Origin: Gemmatimonadota bacterium
Lineage (GTDB): Bacteria; Gemmatimonadota; Gemmatimonadetes; Palauibacterales; Palauibacteraceae
Reading direction: 5' to 3'
Length of the DNA stretch: 64,000 nt
Assembly (NCBI GenBank): GCA_963666735.1
Contig: OY762926.1
Span: 32,001-96,000 of the forward strand
This document shows positions 60,704 to 64,000 of the stretch, piece by piece. Made by a program: the position numbers and the translations under genes. Under the pieces are notes generated by a model. The model was not told where the DNA came from. It saw only the letters and a program-made list of their open reading frames with translations, and ran no database searches. Position 1 is the stretch's first letter, and each line of letters begins with the position of its first letter.

Positions 60704-60721
60704 ACGTTCCCGCGGGAACGT
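60704..60721. promoter_or_regulatory. parS-like palindrome, copy 3
   Basis: ACGTTCCCGCGGGAACGT, intergenic. Confidence 0.55.
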
Positions 60722-60887
60722 TTCGGGGGGAGGGGAGACGCCCGCTCCCGGCGCGCGGCGGCCGCGAAACCTGGCGGCTTCCCGTTCCGTGGGGAGAGTA
60801 TCCGAGTCTTTGACGCGCGGGGCCGGGACCAGCGGCTCGAGCTCCGCGGCGTCGAGACCCGCGGCACAGCGAAAGGCGGCCGGCGCC

Positions 60888-61790
60888 ATGCTTGAGATCC
60901 GGAACCTCGTCAAGGTCTACCCCGGCCCCGTCGCGGCGCTGCAGGGGGTGTCGCTCGATGTGGGGCAGGGGATGTTCGGGCTCCTCGGGCCCAACGGGGC
61001 GGGGAAGACCACCCTCATGCGGATCGTGGCCGGGCTGCTCGAGCCGACTTCGGGCACGGTCCACTTCGACGGCGAGGACATCGTCGCCGATCCCCGCCGC
61101 ATCCGGCGGCAACTGGGCTACCTGCCGCAGGACTTCGGCTTCTATCCGCACCTCACGGGCGAATCGATGCTGCGCTTCCTGCTCGTCCTCAAGGGGGTGG
61201 AGGCGCCGCGGGGGGTGAAGCGCCTCGCCGCGGAACTGCTCGACCGCGTGAACCTCTCCTACGCCGCGAAGCGCAAGGTGAAGGGCTACTCGGGCGGCAT
61301 GCGGCAGCGGCTCGGGATCGCGCAGGCGCTGGCCGGCGACCCCCGGATCCTGGTGGTGGACGAACCGACCGCGGGCCTCGACCCGGAGGAGCGGCTCCGC
61401 TTCTACCGCCTGCTCGCGGAACTCGCCGAGGACCGCACCGTCCTCCTCTCCACGCACATCGTGGACGACATCTCGGTGCTCTGCCCGCGCGTCGCGATCA
61501 TGTACGATGGTCGCCTGGTGGCGGACACGACCCCCGCCGAGGCCCGCACACGCCTCGCGGGCGCGATCTACCAGGGCGCCGTCGCGAAGGAGGACCTGGC
61601 CGCGGTCGACCGCGACTACCGCGTCACGCAGGCGATCCTCATCGAGGGCCGCAACCAGGTCCGCATCCACCTGCCGGAGGGACCGCCCCCGGCCGGCTTC
61701 GAGGCGGCCGCCGCGACGCTCGAGGACGCCTACCTCCTCCTCGCCCGGGAGAAGGGTGCCCGGCCCGAGGGAGCCGAAGCCGCGCCGTGA
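60888..61790 (+). CDS. ABC transporter ATP-binding protein
   Basis: GPNGAGKTT, YSGGMRQR, VVDEPTAGLD, STH. Confidence 0.95.
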   Translation: MLEIRNLVKVYPGPVAALQGVSLDVGQGMFGLLGPNGAGKTTLMRIVAGLLEPTSGTVHFDGEDIVADPRRIRRQLGYLPQDFGFYPHLTGESMLRFLLVLKGVEAPRGVKRLAAELLDRVNLSYAAKRKVKGYSGGMRQRLGIAQALAGDPRILVVDEPTAGLDPEERLRFYRLLAELAEDRTVLLSTHIVDDISVLCPRVAIMYDGRLVADTTPAEARTRLAGAIYQGAVAKEDLAAVDRDYRVTQAILIEGRNQVRIHLPEGPPPAGFEAAAATLEDAYLLLAREKGARPEGAEAAP

Positions 61791-61794
61791 ACCG

Positions 61795-62461
61795 GTGAAC
61801 ACGCTCACCCGCTGGTGGGAGGTCTCCCGGCGGGAATTCGGCGCGTGGTTCCGCCGTCCGGCCCACTGGGTTCTGCTCGTGATCCTGGGGCTCATGGCGA
61901 TGGGGCTGTCCGAGGGTCCGTCACGGTGTCCACGGGCAGTACGCGTGGGGCAAGTTCTGCGGGGCGGCGGGCGCGTTCGCGGCCGCGTGGCTGGTCTTCC
62001 TCGTCGTCCTGGACGCGCCGTCCGATCATCGTCTTCGTCTTCCCCATGGCGGCGACCCTCGTGACCCTCACCTTCCTGACCGAGTGGTCGCCCAGCTGGC
62101 TCGCACCGGAGGTCACCCGGCGGCTGATGCTCATCGACCCCTCGGGGTATCGCTGGCTGAACGAGACCTTCCTCGCGGTCGACCGGGGGGTGGAGTTCTA
62201 CAACACGCAGCCGCTGCGGCCCGACGCGGGATTCGTCATCAGCCGGGTGATCGTCGCGCTGCTGGGGCTCGCCGCCGTAACGGCCGCGGTGCGCAGCTAC
62301 GCCCGCAGAATGCTGGTCGGCGGGGTGGAGTTCCGCTTCCTGCGCTTCCTGCGCCGCCGAAAGGGCCGCGCCATCGCTCCGGGCGCCGGGGAGTCCGCCG
62401 AGTTCGAGATCCGGGCGGGCTTCGACCCCGAACGGGTGCTGGTCGACCCGGACGTGCTCGG
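61795..62461 (+). pseudogene. Collapsed paralogue of the permease/aminopeptidase gene
   Basis: Stitched segments matching 56981-57095, 57311-57380, 57527-57835 and 60543-60623. Confidence 0.88.
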
Positions 62462-62483
62462 GCGGAAGGGGACTCCCGCCCAC

Positions 62484-62501
62484 ACGTTCCCGCGGGAACA
62501 T
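62484..62501. promoter_or_regulatory. parS-like palindrome, copy 4 (one mismatch)
   Basis: ACGTTCCCGCGGGAACAT. Confidence 0.5.
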
Positions 62502-62554
62502 AAGATCACTCCCAGCCGGAAGGCGACGCGGGACTACGAGAGGAGGCGGCCGCC

Positions 62555-62830
62555 ATGAACGATCGACTGAGTCCGGAAGAGCGGGAGATCCTGGAAAGGT
62601 TCGAAAGGGGCGAGTTGCGCCGCGTTGCCGGTGTCGAAGATGAGATGGAAACTGCGCGACAGGCCGCCCCTGCCACGTTCAGAAAGACCCGGCGCGTCAA
62701 TCTTCGGGTCACGGAACGGGATTTCGACCTCGCCCACGCGCGAGCGCGGGAGGAGGGTATCCCGTACCAGACCCTGCTTTCCAGCGTGATCCACAAGTAC
62801 CTGTCCGGCCGCCTGACCGAGACGAGATAG
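62555..62830 (+). CDS. CopG/BrnA-like antitoxin preceded by a toxin 3' stub
   Basis: EEREILERFERGE...RVNLRV...AREEGIPYQTLLSSVIHKY; upstream ITPSRKATRDY stub with ATGA overlap. Confidence 0.8.
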   Translation: MNDRLSPEEREILERFERGELRRVAGVEDEMETARQAAPATFRKTRRVNLRVTERDFDLAHARAREEGIPYQTLLSSVIHKYLSGRLTETR

Positions 62831-62876
62831 CTTCGAGCCGTGCCGCGAATCCCTCGGCTCGACTCCCGGCCCCGGG

Positions 62877-63656
62877 TCACGCCCGGTTCCTCCAGCGGGC
62901 CTCGTTGGCGCGGATCGCGTCCCGGACGAACACGGCCAGCCCCTCCCCGCGCTTCTCGAAGTACGCCTCGAAGCGCGGATCGGCCGTGTACATGTCGGCG
63001 ACGTTCCGGTGCATGCCGCGGCTGCACGGATAGAACCAGCGGTCGATGTGGAGCCGGTGCGCCTCGGCCAGGTCCATCGCCGCGCGGCCGGCGGAGGGGG
63101 CGCCCTCGGCCATCAGGTCGGCCAGCCCGGCGACCACCGTCTCGCCCTCTTCGGTGATCCGCGCCCAGTCGGCCTTGCCGTACGCACGGGTCCGTCGCAT
63201 CGACTCCTGGTAGACATCGCTGTGGCCCCAGCGCCGCTCGACCTCCTCCTGGTACCGCTCGTGGTCGAACTCTTCCAGTCCCTCGAACATCTCCGTCCTG
63301 TCCATTTCCGTTTCCTCATCGATCGCCCTCAGGGCGCGGTCGACCCCTCGGATGATGCTGTCGGTTCTCTGCTGCCGCTCCCGGAGCCACTCCCGCTGCG
63401 CCTCGAGCGCGCTCCGCCGGTCGAACGCCGGCGCGTCGAGCAGCCGCCCGATCGCGTCCAGGCTGAACCGCAGCTCGCGCAACAGCCGAATCTGGCGCAG
63501 CCGCTCGAGGTCGTCGTAGGCGTAGAGCCGGTATCCGTTCTCCGCCCGTCCCGACGGAACGAGCAGGCCGATCCGGTCGTAGTGGTGCAGGGTGCGCACC
63601 GTGACGCGGGCCAGCCGGGCGACCTCGCCCACCGTGTGGAGCTGCCGGGTTTCCAT
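62877..63656 (-). CDS. MerR-family regulator with TipAS ligand-binding domain
   Basis: TVGEVARLARVTVRTLHHYDRIGLL..NGYRLY; EVERRWG, WFYPCS, MYTADPRF. Confidence 0.93.
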   Translation of the reverse strand: METRQLHTVGEVARLARVTVRTLHHYDRIGLLVPSGRAENGYRLYAYDDLERLRQIRLLRELRFSLDAIGRLLDAPAFDRRSALEAQREWLRERQQRTDSIIRGVDRALRAIDEETEMDRTEMFEGLEEFDHERYQEEVERRWGHSDVYQESMRRTRAYGKADWARITEEGETVVAGLADLMAEGAPSAGRAAMDLAEAHRLHIDRWFYPCSRGMHRNVADMYTADPRFEAYFEKRGEGLAVFVRDAIRANEARWRNRA

Positions 63657-63663
63657 GCGCGCC

Positions 63664-63694
63664 ATGGTAAACCCTGACGTTACGTCAGGGTCAA
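63664..63694 (-). promoter_or_regulatory. MerR-type promoter TTGACC-N19-TACCAT with dyad operator
   Basis: 19-bp spacer; perfect 10-1-10 inverted repeat accctgacgt-t-acgtcagggt at 63671-63691. Confidence 0.88.
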
Positions 63695-63888
63695 GGGTGC
63701 GAGATCGTGATCATATTAGAGACATGCCAAATGGATATATGGACACGCTAGCGATATCTTGTGTCGCTTCGCCGGGCACCCGAAATCGCAGGACGAGAAG
63801 ACATGGAGAGATCCCGAGTTGGACCGAGACGGGCTCCCCCGGCATGCGATGGAAGAACTCTCGGGGCGGACAGGGCGCGCGGCGGCAA

Positions 63889-64000
63889 GTGAGCGACAAG
63901 GCAACCGTCCAGGCGGAGTTGCTCGAGGGCGTCGCCCGCTCTTTCGCGGTCACCACGGCGCAGCTTCCGGACCCGCTGCGCCACCTCGTCGGCAACGTCT
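63889..64000 (+). CDS. Squalene/phytoene synthase family protein, N-terminus (runs off window)
   Basis: QAELLEGVARSFAVTTAQLPDPLRHLVGNV resembles the LL..VSRSF....LP..LR start motif. Confidence 0.6.
   Translation, partial: MSDKATVQAELLEGVARSFAVTTAQLPDPLRHLVGNV

Noticed and set aside
56888..60913. 1341-aa minus-strand ORF and other long antisense ORFs (46759-49626, 47937-50066, 60633-62501)
   Set aside because: High-GC shadow frames of well-supported genes, with low-complexity translations and no motifs
1..64000. tRNA/rRNA genes, prophage, integrase or integron attC array
   Set aside because: None recognised by eye; a covariance-model search would be needed to exclude them formally

Overview
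High-GC bacterial chromosomal region. No database searches were run; family names come from motif recognition. About 3-46 kb is a dense defence/toxin-antitoxin island: hicBA, two antitoxin-PIN pairs, brnTA, orphan hicB copies, a frameshifted nuclease-nitrilase fusion with NucS-like and DUF429 genes, mcrBC, an IS3-disrupted HsdR_N protein, DUF3800 with a structured leader, an Azaca-like trio (DUF6361/PLD/SF2 helicase) and Druantia type III-like druH/druE with a closely linked HNH-like gene. It also holds an unrecognised three-gene operon that looks like a split Dna2/RecB-type Fe-S nuclease plus SF1B helicase, the best candidate for a new system. The right part carries parDE, an M28 peptidase, a PLP decarboxylase, an NCS2 permease, an ABC/M1-aminopeptidase module and a MerR/TipA regulator, with four intergenic parS-like palindromes. 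Many genes survive only as deletion-riddled remnants, and toxins have repeatedly been lost while antitoxins remain.
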